From positions 189,348,001 through 189,412,000 of the forward strand of contig NC_042998.1 in the NCBI RefSeq assembly GCF_006345805.1: DNA of 64,000 bases, in the 5' to 3' direction. Every line of letters begins with the position of its first letter. The stretch's first letter is position 1. The notes under the pieces were generated by a model, which did not search any database, had not been told where the DNA came from, and was given only the letters and a program-made list of their open reading frames with translations. The translations under genes were made by a program, and so were the position numbers. This DNA comes from Octopus sinensis (Eukaryota). Below are positions 37,418-50,399 of the stretch, one piece after another.

Positions 37418-37827
37418 GGATCTTTTCGGTTTGAACAGCAGTTTTTTCTAGCGGTGTCATATGAAATTGTCACCCATAATTATGACCCTAGTATCGATCT
37501 ATTGCATTTCAATCTGTTTTAGGGTTAGGGGTGGGGGGAAGGATATCTTTTTTTCTTCACAAATGTAAATAAACCCAATCTGTTTCTTAAACGAGGGACA
37601 TATTCATACGGCACAGAATGTTTTTTACCTCAATAGACGTCAGTGATTGGTTGAAATTGCAGAAATTGAAGAAAAAAACAACAAATATGTTACAACCTAT
37701 AGAATTTTCTCAATAAAGCCAAGAGAAAAAGATGTTTTATAAACACATTCTATCAGTATACGAAGTTTAAAATTTTTTAGTTACCTAGAAATTATGTTAA
37801 AAACTGCCGTTCAAACCGAAAAGATCC
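37418..37827. mobile_element. Merlin-like MITE (inverted)
   Basis: 8-bp TSD GAAATTTT. Confidence 0.8.
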
Positions 37828-38366
37828 GAAATTTTACCAAAGTGGTGATGGTCTACATAATGGAAAATGGAGCAAAAAATGGATTAGAACTGAGAAGACA
37901 TTGTTAAACATTGATTTAAGAAATTGGTACAAGGCCATGCTATTTAGGGGATGAATAAATCAATCACTGTCTTATTTCAGTGGTACTTATTTTAATGAGG
38001 AATGAAAAGAAAATGCCAACCTCAGCAAAATTTGAACCTAGAATGTGAAGGGACATAACTAAATAATGAAATAATCATTTACTTTAGTATTTCTCTCACT
38101 TCCCCTAGTTTGCTACTGATAATTATAGATCTCTAACATTTATGTATACAGTCTTACATTTTGTGGGAGGGCACACTTGATTAAACTCACTGTATTACTT
38201 GAAATCTCTACTTGATTGCTTGGTATGCTGGTGGACAGAATCCAAGCAGCTTACCCTGCAGTCCTGGCTAATATGGACAGGCCTCCCTAGATACTGAGCT
38301 GCAAGCACTCTGACTTGTTTGGATTAATTTTGCTCCTGTCACCATTGCTTTTTGAATTTATATAGA

Positions 38367-38762
38367 CGCAGGAGTGGCTGTGTGGTAAGTAGCTTGCTAA
38401 CCAGCCACATGGTTCCGGGTTCAGTCCCACTGCGTGGCATCTTGGGCAAGTGTCTTCTGCTATAGCCCCGGGCCGACCAATGCCTTGTGAGGGGATTTGG
38501 TAGACGGAAAACTGAAAGAAGCCTGTCGTATATATGTATATATATGTGTATGTGTGTGTGTTTGTGTATGTGTGTTTGTCCTCCTAGCATTGCTTGGCAA
38601 CCGATGCTGGTGTGTTTACGTCCCCGTCACTTAGCGGTTTGGCAAAAGAGACCGATAGAATAAGTACTGGGCTTACAAAGAATAAGTCCCGGGGTCGATT
38701 TGCTCGACTAAAGGCGGTGCTTCAGCATGGCTGCAGTCAAATGACTGAAACAAGTAAAAGAG
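38367..38762 (+). mobile_element. tRNA-derived SINE family B (also 10959-11107 + partial, 59598-60008 +)
   Basis: Box A TGGCTGTGTGG, box B GGTTCAGTCCC, TTGGGCAAGTG motif, internal (TA)/(TG) tract, (GTAAAAGA)n-like tail. Confidence 0.85.
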
Positions 38763-38805
38763 TATAATTAAAAGTCATTTATTGCATTTTCTGTTTCTGT
38801 TTTAG

Positions 38806-38907
38806 GAAGTTTCCAAAGCGCCTGATCATGCACCATCCCGAACATTTTTCTTGTTTCGAGTTGAAATCACACGAGTAGCAAGGATGTTACTGAAGCGCTG
38901 TTACCAG
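38806..38907 (+). CDS. POLR3C: POLR3C coding exon 12 (EVSKAPDHAPSRTFFLF...LLKRCYQ)
   Basis: PDHAPSRTF motif. TAG acceptor, GTTAGA donor. Confidence 0.96.
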
Positions 38908-39678
38908 GTTAGATAAATGGAATTTTGATAAAAATTTTTTTGCCCTTTTCTCTTTCTTCAAGCATTTCACTTTTGATTGGAGTTCATCTTGTTATTTAAT
39001 AGATCTTTTGATAGAACAAGACTGATTATTGCGGCGAATGTGACTCAGTTTAATGAAATCCTGTCACTCTAGCTAATCATCATCATTATATATTTTCTTA
39101 AGCTTGAGTTCATAAATCTTTGGTGTTTCTTATCCATTATCGTTACCAACGTCGCCTTACTGGCACCTGTGCTGGTGGCATGTGTAAAAAGATTTTAGCA
39201 AGGTCGTTGCCAGTACCTCCTGACTGGCCCCCATGCTGGTGGCATGTAGAAAGCACCCACTACACTCTTGGAGTGGTTGGCGTGAGGAAGGGCATCCAGC
39301 TGTAGAAACTGCCAAATCAAGATTAGAGCCTGGTGCAGCCATCTGGTTTGCCTGCCCTCAGTCAAAATCATCCAACCCATGCTAGCATGGAAAGCAGATG
39401 TTAAACAATGATGATGATGATATTATCAATCATTATTGTGTATGTTTGTGAGTTTAACTTGGGCCAACTCATAGTGTAAATAATATATTTAAAATCAGGT
39501 TGCACTTGAAGAGACCTGGAAAATCTATCAATTGAAATGTAGTATAACAAAAAAACACTAAGTTTAACAGTTTGACTAAACTTTGCTACTGGAATAATAA
39601 CTTATTTCTGCAATATAGGTAAGACAGACATTAAGCAAGGTGATGGTAATTAACTATTCCCCTGTTTATTTCTTACAG

Positions 39679-39728
39679 GCTATAGGCAATGCCATGCTAA
39701 GGAGGGAACACGAAGTGAAGGAACACAG
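39679..39728 (+). CDS. POLR3C: POLR3C coding exon 13 (AIGNAMLRREHEVKEH)
   Basis: Matches SIANLIERRQFETKENK. CAG acceptor, GTAAGT donor, phase 0-2. Confidence 0.92.
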
Positions 39729-40424
39729 GTAAGTCAATATTATTTTGGTAGACGGAAGTCATTAGGAAAGAAGACTGGGTAATTCAAACTGTTATAAAGG
39801 TGGAATATATGATTGGTATTTGATTGAGGGTTGGAAAATGTAGATTCTTGGAAGTATGAGTTTTTGAAGTAGCAGTAAGTCATATCATTATTTTAGGTTC
39901 AGCTGTCATTTCTAGTCAGATTTTACCAAAAGTTTTATTGACATATCGTGTTATGATATTATTCTTATTTCTTTACTACTCATAAGGGGCTAAATACAGA
40001 GGGGACAAACAAGGACAGACAAAGGGATTAAGTCGATTACATCGACCCCAGTGTGTAACTGGTACTTAATTTATCGACCCCGAAAGAATGAAAGGCAAAG
40101 TCGACCTCCGCGGAATTTGAACTCAGAACGTAATGGCAGACGAAATACCGCTAAGCACTTCGCCTGGTGTGCTAACGTTTCTGCCAGCTTGCCGTGTTAT
40201 GATATTATTCTGTAAACCATTGAGCAATATATCACCTGCACAATGGTTGATGAATTGATTGAGCAAGGCATTTGTTATTTAGCCCATGTCAGCTCTTATC
40301 AAACAGAACACTGATTGTACAATGCAGAAATCTTTAAATCTTTATTGTTTTGAACCAAATTATCTTTTTCTTGAAGAGTGGGCCCAGACACTCTGTAAGC
40401 TAAATTATTAAGCAAACTGAAATT

Positions 40425-40803
40425 ATCTCTTTTACTTGTTTCAGTCATGTGACTGTGGCCATGCTGGAGCACTGCCTTTAGTCGAGCAAATCGACCCCAG
40501 GACTTATTCTTTGTAAGCCTAGTACTTATTCTATCAGTCTCTTTTACCGAACCGCTAAGTTACGGGGACATAAACACGCCAGCATCGGTTGTCAAGCGAT
40601 GTTGGTGGGGGACAAACACAGACACACACACACATGCATATATATACGACGGGCTTCTTTCAGTTTCCATCTACCAAATCCACTCACAAGGCTTTGGTCG
40701 GCCCGAGGCTATAGTAGAAGACACTTGCCCAAGGTGCCACGCAGTGGGACTGAACCTGGAACCACGTGGTTCATAAGCAAGCTACTTACCACACAGCCAC
40801 TCC
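40425..40803 (-). mobile_element. SINE family B, minus orientation (also 42103-42482 and 50657-51050)
   Basis: Reverse complement of the 38367-38762 copy. Confidence 0.85.
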
Positions 40804-40851
40804 TATCTTTCACAAATTATACAAATGTTCACTAAATTTATTGTATTTTAG

Positions 40852-40998
40852 GCGACTTCTTGATAAACAGCAAAGAGTTGAAGCAATTATTGCATCCCTT
40901 GACCAAAGTGTTGATGAATCTCAAAAAGTGGAAGTGGAACAAACTATCACTCCAGCTGAACGAAACCAACTTGCCAAAGTAAAACAGGATATAAACAG
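40852..40998 (+). CDS. POLR3C: POLR3C coding exon 14 (RLLDKQQRVEAIIASL...KQDINR)
   Basis: Matches RLLEKSQRVEAIIASM...ITAPERQQL. Phase 2-2, GTAAGT donor. Confidence 0.96.
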
Positions 40999-42586
40999 GT
41001 AAGTTCTGGTATCATTGTAATACTTTAAAGTGAACTGAATAGGTGAGGTGTCAGAGTCTTTGTTAAAGAATTGACAATGGTTCACAGGAAGATCACAGTA
41101 CCTTCCATACCCGTGGCTCGTAAAAGGGCACCATTCGAGCGTGATCGTTACCGTCGTTTAACTGGTACCTGTAAAAAGATTTGAGTGAGGTCATTGCCAG
41201 TACCGCCTGACTGGCCCCTGTGCCAGTGGCACGTAAAAGCACCCACTACACTCTCAGAGTAGTTGGCATTAGGAAGGGCATCCAGCTGTAGAAACTCTGC
41301 CAGATCAAGATTGGAGCCTGGTGCAGCCATCTGACTCGCCAGCCCTCAGTCAAAATCGTCCAACCCATGCTAGCATGGAAAGCGGACGTAAAACGATGAT
41401 GATGATGAGGATGAATAGTTTTACTTGAAGTAGGCAGAGAAGAAGCAATTCAGTGACACGAATGTTTAATTGACCAGTTGGCTGCTATTGTTGTTTAGAA
41501 TCAGCTCATTCATGTTCGAGCAGGCCCATAATTTAAGTGTTCCACCCATGACTACCTTGTCATTTCATAACCAGGAACTACATTGTCCAACACGTTTTTG
41601 TTGTTTAGCTGTTTAGCTCATGATCAGCCGTATGATTAAAGGCATTCCAACGGCCGACTTTATGTACTTCTAGAACTGCATTACCAAATGTATCTTTCTC
41701 TTTTTAAAACAGCTGAGATTTGGTTGTTGTTTCTAACTGATCTAGTGACCACCGCATCAGTTAGAATATTGTACCATATTGCCATCTTGATGAAAGAAAC
41801 TTACCAGTTCAAATATGCTTAACCCTTTTGATACCAACTAAATAATCACATCATGAAAATGTCTTAGCTACAAGATAATACATGGTTAATTCAAAGCAAT
41901 GTGAATAAGTAAGCAGAGCATTTGACAGAGTAATCTGAATGCTAAAGGGTGAAACCTGCTGCATGTATTGTCATGGCTTACTTTTGTTTATTTAATAAAG
42001 AATAAGTTCCACATCCACCTTATGATTAGCTATACTAAGGTCATCAATCATTAGAAAGGCCAACACTTCAATGTACATAATTATTTAGAAGAGTTCTTAC
42101 TCTCTCTCTCTCTTTTTACTCTTTTACTTGTTTCAGTCATTTGACTGCAGCCATGCTGGAGCACCGCCTTTAGTCGAGCAAATCGACCCCGGGACTTATT
42201 CTTTGCAAGCCCAGTACTTATTCTATCGGTCTCTTTTGCCAAACCGCTAAGTGATGGGGACGTAAACACACCAGCATTGGTTGTCAAGCAATGCTAGGGA
42301 GACAAACACAAACATATATACGACAGGCTTCTTTCAGTTTCTGTCTACCAAATCCACTCACAAGGCATTGGTCGGCCCGGGGCTATAGCAGAAGACACTT
42401 GCCCAAGGTGCCACGCAGTGGGACTGAACCCGGAACCATGTGGTTGGTTAGCAAGCTACTTACCACACAGCCACTCCTGCTCCTGTGGAGGAATGGTGAA
42501 ATTGATGTAGAAGAGTTTTTTTTAATCTTTTTAAAAATCCTAATGTACTCACTCTCATGATATATTTTTATTATTATTTTCTCCAG

Positions 42587-42677
42587 ATTGGACCAGTGCG
42601 AGATTCAGTTGGATTCCACTATGTTTCTATTGGAAAACTACTTACATTACAGCAAAATAAATAGCCAGTTGAGCTGA
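42587..42677 (+). CDS. POLR3C: POLR3C last coding exon (LDQCEIQLDSTMFLLENYLHYSKINSQLS*)
   Basis: Matches LDASEIQVDETIFLLESY. TGA at 42675-77. AATAAA at 42689-94 and 42772-77. Confidence 0.95.
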
Positions 42678-43767
42678 AAGTATCTTTTAATAAATTTATG
42701 TACAAAGCATTTTTTATAAATTATGAAAGGAGCAGTGTGATGTTGATGACGACGACGACAAACTTTTGATAAATAAAAATTTTATATATAAAAATATAAC
42801 AAGAATATTTGGATTCATTATTGGAGCTGGCAGAATCGTTAGCACGCCGGGCGAAATGCGTAGCCGTATTTCATCTGCCGTTACATTCTGAGTTCAAATT
42901 CCGCCGAGGTCGACTTTGCCTTTCATTCTTTCGGGGTCAATAAATTAAGTACCAGTTACACACTGGGGTCGATATAATCGACTTAATCCCTTTGTCTGTC
43001 CACTCTATGTTTAGCCCCTTGCGGGCAATAAACAAATATATTGGATAATTAAATTGAGAATGATAAGCTGTGCCCATTCATAACCAAAATGATGTGATGG
43101 TTAGTCTATATCTCTTCTTCATGAATGATCAAATTTCTGTACTGAATACTAATGCAGCTTTAACTACTTAGAATATTTGTGTTGCAGTTGTGCAATCCCT
43201 GGTCAGCCTTGATCAACCACAACTAAAGCATGGAGGTCGTTGACCAAATTACGATTCACTTCTGTTTTTTCACTGAGGGTCAAACTGCACACTGCAACGT
43301 ATAGTGATGAATTGTTTGGGTGCAGTGCAATAGTATAGATATGTTACATTTTTTTCTGCAGCTGTGATACCAGTGCCGGTGGCACATAAGAGAACCATCC
43401 GAATGTGGCCGTTGCCAGCGCCGCCCCAACTGGCCTCGTGCCGGTGGCACGTAAAAAGCACCATCCGTTCGTGGCCGTTGCCAGCCTCGCCTGGCCCCCG
43501 TGCTGGTGGCACGTAAAAAGCACCATCCGATTGTGGCCGTTTGCCAGCCTTGTCTGGCACCTGTGCCAGTGGCACGTAAAAAGCACCCACTACACTCACG
43601 GAGTGGTTGGCGTTAGGAAGGGCATCCAGCCGTAGAAACATTGCCAGATCAGACTGGGCCTGGTGTAGCCTTCTGGCTTCCCAGACCCCAGTTGAACCGT
43701 CCAACCCATGCTAGCATGGAAAGCGGACGCTAAACGATGATGATGATGATGATGATGATTATTTATA

Positions 43768-43977
43768 CGAGGGGGTGCTAAAAAATTCCTGACTTTAAGA
43801 GTATTGCGAAAGGCCTGGTTGGAGGCCCAGCTTTACAAGTTCTTTTACAAGGTTTAGCAAAACTGAAGGACTGCTGCAATAAGTGTGTGAATCTGAGAGG
43901 GGAATATGTTGAATAAATTAATTGATCTGCCTGTATTTTCTGTTACCCAAAGCCAGGAACTTTTCAGCACCACCTTG
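43768..43977. mobile_element. Mariner-like MITE, same family, opposite orientation
   Basis: Same TIRs, TA at both ends. Confidence 0.8.
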
Positions 43978-44821
43978 TACATACCCTCAAATTCTGGTGA
44001 TGGCTGTCCTATAAGCAGGCAAGGTAGACTTGGCCACTCCTGCGCCTATGTCCCAGTAATCTTTCATTTTTATTTCATTGTGTAGGCAGTCTGTGGTGAT
44101 GTGTTACTATATTTTCGTTGAAATATGCTGCTTTTGTTTCAGTTAATTTTGAAAATAATGTAGTTAGTAAAATAATTTTGTCATTTTTAAGCTGTTATTT
44201 GGAATATAGCATAAAATTTTTATGGTAGATTTTCATTTAGACTACTTTAAAAGAGAAAACTGGTATCATAGAACCATGGACGGTTTCAGGAAGGCTTGTT
44301 ATCAGATTGGTCTGTTAAAAAGGTTTAGTGGTTTGGAGAAAGGGCTCATGGCCTTCAGAGACCCTTTCAGACCAGTGAAATTTATGGTGATAACTTTCTG
44401 TCTAAACTGCTGTCAGTTGAATATATGGATAGTGGGGGCACGTAAAAAGCACCTTTCGAGCATTGGGCCTCACGGAAGCAAAGTGGTTAATGCTGGTGGT
44501 ACGTGAAAAGCTCCTTTTGAGTGTTGGGCCTCATGGAGGCAATGATGAATAATTGAGATCATTGGCATTATTTCGTGCTTGAGAAGAAAACCTGTGAAGC
44601 CAAGTAAAATTGCAGTCCTGGCAGATATTCATATCATGCAAATGGCACTCATGCCAGTGGCATGTAAAAACACCCATTTCACATTCAGAGTGGTTGGTGT
44701 TAGGAAGGGCATCTAGCCATAGAAAACCGTGCCAAATCAGAATGGAGTCTAGTGCACCCTTCCAACTTGCCAGCCCTGGTCAAACTGTCCAACCCATGCC
44801 AGCATGGACAACAGACGTTAA

Positions 44822-45042
44822 CCCTTTAGCATTTAAACCAGCCATATCCGGCCAGAAGTATTCTGCCTGTTTTATGTTCAAACTGGTGAGATCTGGTCTC
44901 TCACACCAACCCTACAATATCGTTTTAAAAATTAACAGCTACCTCATCAAATTCTCATAACTACAAGATAATGCATGATTAGTTCAAAACAATGAGGATG
45001 AAAAAGCATTCATTTTGGCAGAATAATGCAATCACTAAAGGG
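44822..45042. mobile_element. piggyBac-like MITE nested in an RTE tail
   Basis: TTAA TSD, CCCTTTAG TIR. Confidence 0.8.
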
Positions 45043-46230
45043 TTAAATGATGATGATAAAGACAATGACTTTGTTATTGACATTAGAATAGTATGTGTGG
45101 AAAGTTCTTTTTTCTTATTGAAGCCATCATGTATTGTATGTTAGGTTTGTAAGTTGTATAGTGATTTATGCCGTGAATGGAAGGTAAAGGGAAACATAGG
45201 GAAAGTGAACGTAAATCTTGGAACGTGTAACGTAACTTCATGGATGAGACAATGCAAATCTGCCAAACTCTAGAACTATCCAACATATGTAATAAAAACA
45301 CTGATAAAGAATTTCTTGATAACACTTGTATTTTGTGGGGTGAGTGGGGATATTATGTTTCTATTATTTTTATGAGTTGAAGGCACCAAGCTGGCAGAAT
45401 CGTTTGCATGCTGAGCAAAATGCTTAGCAGCATTTTACTCCTCTATGTTCTGAGTTCAAATTCTGCTGAAGTTGACTTTGCCTTTTACCCTTTCTGAGTT
45501 GATATAATCGACTAGCCCCCATCTCTTAATTTCAGGCCATGTGCCTTTAGTAGAAAAGATTATTTTATGAGTTGTTCAATCAAAGAAGCTCACCTGTTCT
45601 AGAACAACTGAAATCTTTCCTTCCATATTTATCAGTCTATTAACTGAAGCAGTCTCAGATAACCACTTCATTAACAAAGCAACGTATCCAGATGAATGTA
45701 ACAGGAGTTTTTAATTTAAAGATAAAGGAAAAAGAACTAGCATTGGTATTTGGTGAATTTATGTATGAATTGTGGGAGAAAGGGCATTCTCCTAAACACT
45801 AACCACTCAACTGCAAAGTGAATTTGCACATCCCCATATTTATGTGCTGGACAGAAATTTAAACTCAAATTCTTTTTCTTCATCAGTTTTAGATGTTTCA
45901 GCAATGACAGACAAAACTCGGAAATGAAAGATTCGCTAACAATGATATAAGGATTAAGGTAAAAGAAGCAGTTTTAAAAACTGCTTCATAAAGAAGAATT
46001 GAGATTGGGAAGTTAATTTATCTTTTCAAAAAGTTTCATGAAAAAAAAAAAAGGTAAAGATGTTAATTTTCATATACACATCATTTGCATCTGGAATAGT
46101 AACCTAAAATTCCTGTCCAAGTATTGGCCTATAGAAGTGCAAATTGGACACTAACAGTAATGATCTCACCAATCAAATATGGGGAGGCAACCAATGTAAA
46201 GGTACTGACCCTGCTTCTCAACTAATTAAA

Positions 46231-46620
46231 TCTCTATATATAAAGCTGAAGTTGTTTGTGTATGGCAGGTTTGGTAGCCTTCAACTAACACTATCTTCTC
46301 CGAGACCCTGCAGCGCAAGTTGACCAAAATTGAGAGTATGATAGAAGAAGGCTTGCTCTTCATTCCGTAGAAGATAAAATTCAAACCAGACCATGTTAAT
46401 ACCAAAAATTATTTACATCAAAAAGGTGCTTTTTTTCTATGAAAATCCCTATTTTTTACGATTTTTTTACTACTGTGTTGCCATTTTTTGGTGTATTTCA
46501 ACCAGAAAAATGTTCACTTAAAGAGAATAACAAGCTACATAATGCAAAATTTTTACTTTTCAAAAATTTCAATTCTAAAGGGTCGAAACAATCCTGAGCA
46601 ACGCCAGGTGATACTGCTAG
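46231..46620 (+). mobile_element. Non-autonomous Helitron
   Basis: A|TCTCTATATATAAAG start. 3' CCTGAGCAACGCCAGG hairpin then CTAG|T. No TSD. Confidence 0.8.
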
Positions 46621-47023
46621 TAAATGTAAGAACAAACTAATGATTTGCTTCTTTGAGATGAAATATACTTAGATTTCTTGCAATGAAGACTAAGAAGTAA
46701 ATAATTAATAGCAATTTTAATGATAGTCCAAATATCTGAAAATACAATGTTTATTTTAGCATGATTCCAGATCAGATATTTTGCCATATACATACACACA
46801 TACTATACATAATATATGTATGTGTGGGTGTGTGTGTGTGTGTCAGTTCAGGCTTATTTATAATGATTATCTTTCAGGATTTAGTTCACAGTGGGGAAAA
46901 CATATAGGAGTTTTTAAATCCCTGGTATTAATTTAAGCTCCCTACCCATATTTATTTTCCCAGAATTAAGTCTGAACTGTTCAATAAGAGATAATATTTT
47001 AATTCTGAATTTACTTATAACAG

Positions 47024-47168
47024 CTAACTTTGATGCATTAGCTTCAGAACAAGGTCCTCTGTGTCTTCAATATTTAATCCATCTTGATCATAATTCTCAG
47101 AGTTATCACTGTCTCTTGAAGGTGCTGTATTCTTTCGTTTGCGTTTCAAAGGAGGAGAAGGACTAGAG
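47024..47168 (-). CDS. DDX10: DDX10 last exon (SSPSPPLKRKRK...GLNIEDTEDLVLKLMHQS*)
   Basis: Matches C-terminal GLSLAEDEELVLHLLRSQS. TAG stop at 47026-24. AATAAA on - at 46956-51. Confidence 0.9.
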
Positions 47169-48136
47169 CTGCAAAAAAAAAACAACAACTTTAGTATTAA
47201 AACATTTAAAAAGCTAAAAACAGAAAATATCAATGTCTTAACAAGCATCCTGAGTAACCATGATCATTCAAAGATATCTAATGAATAATTAAACACTAGT
47301 CCTCCAGACTACTCAATTTTCTCAGAATAAAAATGCAATGTTTCTATTGCACAAATGGCATGAGTTAAAGCAAATAATCAAATGTACTTCCTTTTCACTA
47401 TGTACAGTGTTTCATTCAAGTTGGAACCTGAACTGTAAAGGCATAAGAAAGAACTAAAGCCCCACTTGATTCCTAATCATGTCTTATTTATTGTAAGACT
47501 AAGTAAAGTTAAAATAGCATTTCTATATTAAAGCAACACTAATTTAAGTCAGACAGGGCTAAAGTGAGATTGCAGTAGAGTAATGGAGATTCTTTAAGAA
47601 TCAGGGATCATGAGAAATTCATCATCACCATCATCAGTTAACATCTGTTTTCCATGCTAGCCATAGAGGCTGCACCACGCTCTAGTCTGATTTGGCAGTG
47701 TTTCTACAGCTGGATGCCCTTCCTAACGCCAACCACTCCATGAGTGTAGTGGGTGTTTTTTATGTGCCACCGGCAGGCTGGCAAAAGGCCACGATCGGTT
47801 GGTGCTTTTACGTGTCACCAACACGGACGCCAGTCAGGCGGCGCTGGCATCTGTCATGTTTGGACGGTGCTATTTACGTGTCACCGGCATGGGTGTCTTA
47901 ACTACAATTCCATTTGATTTTTATCTGGCATCTGCTGATGCTTGGATATTATGCAAATTAATCATCATATTGAAAAAAAAATTTCAGATTAATTAGATAA
48001 TAAAAATCTATAAAATTTGTTGAAACAATTAAATAAATGGGTTTCAGGAGATAATTCATTAATGATAGCATAAGTTAACTTAATAGTGACTTGCATAGCA
48101 GGTTTATGATTGAGAATTAGAGGCAGTGCTACATAC

Positions 48137-48279
48137 CAAATACTGTTGTCATCAGATTCATTAGAAACTTCATCTTCAGAATAATTTTCATCATAGTCAT
48201 TTCCAGGTTCACCATAATCAGAATAACCTTGAGATTCTTCATCACTGCCAGTCCGCAGAACAACTGAACGTTGATTCTT
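48137..48279 (-). CDS. DDX10: DDX10 acidic exon (KNQRSVVLRTGSDEESQGYSD...ESDDNSI)
   Basis: Open acidic frame, CAG acceptor, GTATGT donor. Phase 0-2 links to the last exon. Confidence 0.8.
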
Positions 48280-48566
48280 CTGATAAGATTCAAGGCAAAA
48301 ATATAAATTAAATTTAGAGAATAGTAATTTAGAGGTCTAATATTTTTTTAAATAAATGTTATGGTCTCACTTTGTTCTAGGCATGTAACAGGGCAATACA
48401 TTGAAATCAGTGCATGCAGTAAAAAAGAATTCCTCAAACATCTGATGCTTATATGCCAGTAATTAACAAATCATAAGTCTTTTTTAAAAAACTGGTTTTA
48501 AAATTTGTAATAAATGTAAGTCCAATAAATAAGATACATACATATTGTAAACAAAGTAACATCTTA

Positions 48567-48939
48567 CTAGCACTATGACCAGGCAACACCGGGTCATAGT
48601 GATAGTGCATGCATATACATCTGCATGCGTGCGCACATACACACGAGTACTGTCCAAATCTCCGACCAATCACATACAGCTAGCTGGCATTCAATCGGCG
48701 TATCAAGTTTTGGGCATTTTGATTGGGATTTGAATAGAAAATTCACAAAAAAGACACTTCAATTGATTTTTTTAATGGCTTTGCAGGGTGACTGGGGAAA
48801 TGTAAAGATGTGCATGACCACCCTTGGACGGTTTTGAACGACCATAGAAAGTGCGAGCCCTCTAACTGAAAAATTGTGGATTTGTATAAAGGACACACAC
48901 ACATACAGACAGACATTTTGCCATTTATATATATAGAGA
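48567..48939 (-). mobile_element. Non-autonomous Helitron, second family
   Basis: Minus strand A|TCTCTATATATATAAATGGC start. Subterminal hairpin CACTATGACC/GGTCATAGTG. CTAG|T end. Confidence 0.8.
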
Positions 48940-50177
48940 TGTTACCAGTTTTCTGCTAGATCTTTTCTTGATTTACAAAAGAGATGCAAAAGTGAATTAA
49001 TCAGTAGAAACTGAAGCTATGTGTCCTAGGACAGTTTGATTTCTCAAACGGCTACTCTCAATTCTTTTCTATATGTTTGCATCTATACCCACACTTATAG
49101 AAACACAGAATTTACATCAAATCTTAGTCTTAAATAAAGAGAAAATTTAATTACTGGCAAATTTTCATGGTACTAATTATATTAAAGTTGTAATTAATAC
49201 TGTGTAATCATTTTCCTTCAGACACAGATCTTTATTACTGGCTATTATTTTATAGGGAAAATTATTTTCTTAATTTTGAAATTGACTGATTTATGAATTT
49301 TCCATTCTTTGAAATAGCTTTGATTCTGAAGCAATAATTATGTCTTACAGAATTCAGAACTCTGTCAGATTCAGAACGAAATAAAAGTTGAAAGTTTAAT
49401 CTAATTATCTGATATGTTATGGAGATAAATATATTGGATAAATACCTATTTCTTTACTACCCACAAGGGGCTAAACACAGAGAGGACAAACAAGGTCAGA
49501 CAAACGGATTAAGTCGATTATATCGACCCCAGTGCATAACTGGTACTTAATTTATCGACTCCGAAAGGATGAAAGACAAAGTCGACCTTGGCGGAATTTG
49601 AACTCAGAACGTAGCGGCAGACGAAAAACTGCTAAGCATTTCGCCCGGCGTGCTAACGTTTCTGCCAGCTTGCCACCTTGTTATGGAGTACACCATTTAG
49701 AAATATAATGTCTATAAACGTTATAACATCACATGGTTAAACCTTTTTACTGATGTCTAATATAATATTAATTTCTAAAGCACAAAGCTATTTTAGGGGA
49801 AGGTACAGTCAATCATATATTGATCCTACAAACTGACTAATACTTATATTTTTGGACCTGAAAGTATGACAGGCAATGTTGACCCCTTTTGTTGATGTAT
49901 ATAATATTACTAGAATGAAATGTAGATCACATTCATTTAACACTCCATTTATAAGTTATTTATATCTATTTTTACCTAATGGTATATGCATCAGGCCATT
50001 GTGTTACATTTTTAGGTTTATATTTTTTTTTCATATAACACAATCATATTCAGTTAAAATCGACTGAATATGATACTGAAAGATGAATATAACATAATAT
50101 AATAATTGAACAACAACCTAGTGGAAACAAGTGATTATCCTTAGTTCAGAAACCAAAGAAAAAGACACCTAGTTTAA

Positions 50178-50399
50178 CCCTTTAGTGTTCAGATTATTCT
50201 GTTAAATGTAATACTTTTTCACTCAAATTGTTTTGAATTAATCATGCATTATCTTATAGCTTTGAGGTTTCAATGATGTGAATGTTTATTTTTAGAATGT
50301 CAATGTAGGTTAGGAGTGGAGAGGCTAGATATGTCCAGTTTGAATATAGAATATGTAGAATATATTGGGCCGGATTTGGCCAGTTTAAACACTAAAGGT
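50178..50399. mobile_element. piggyBac-like MITE
   Basis: TTAA TSD. One substitution at the right TIR end. Confidence 0.75.

Noticed and set aside
12479-42677. Antisense bias of RTE tails in POLR3C introns
   Set aside because: A rough count of 11 antisense to 7 sense is too small to be meaningful.
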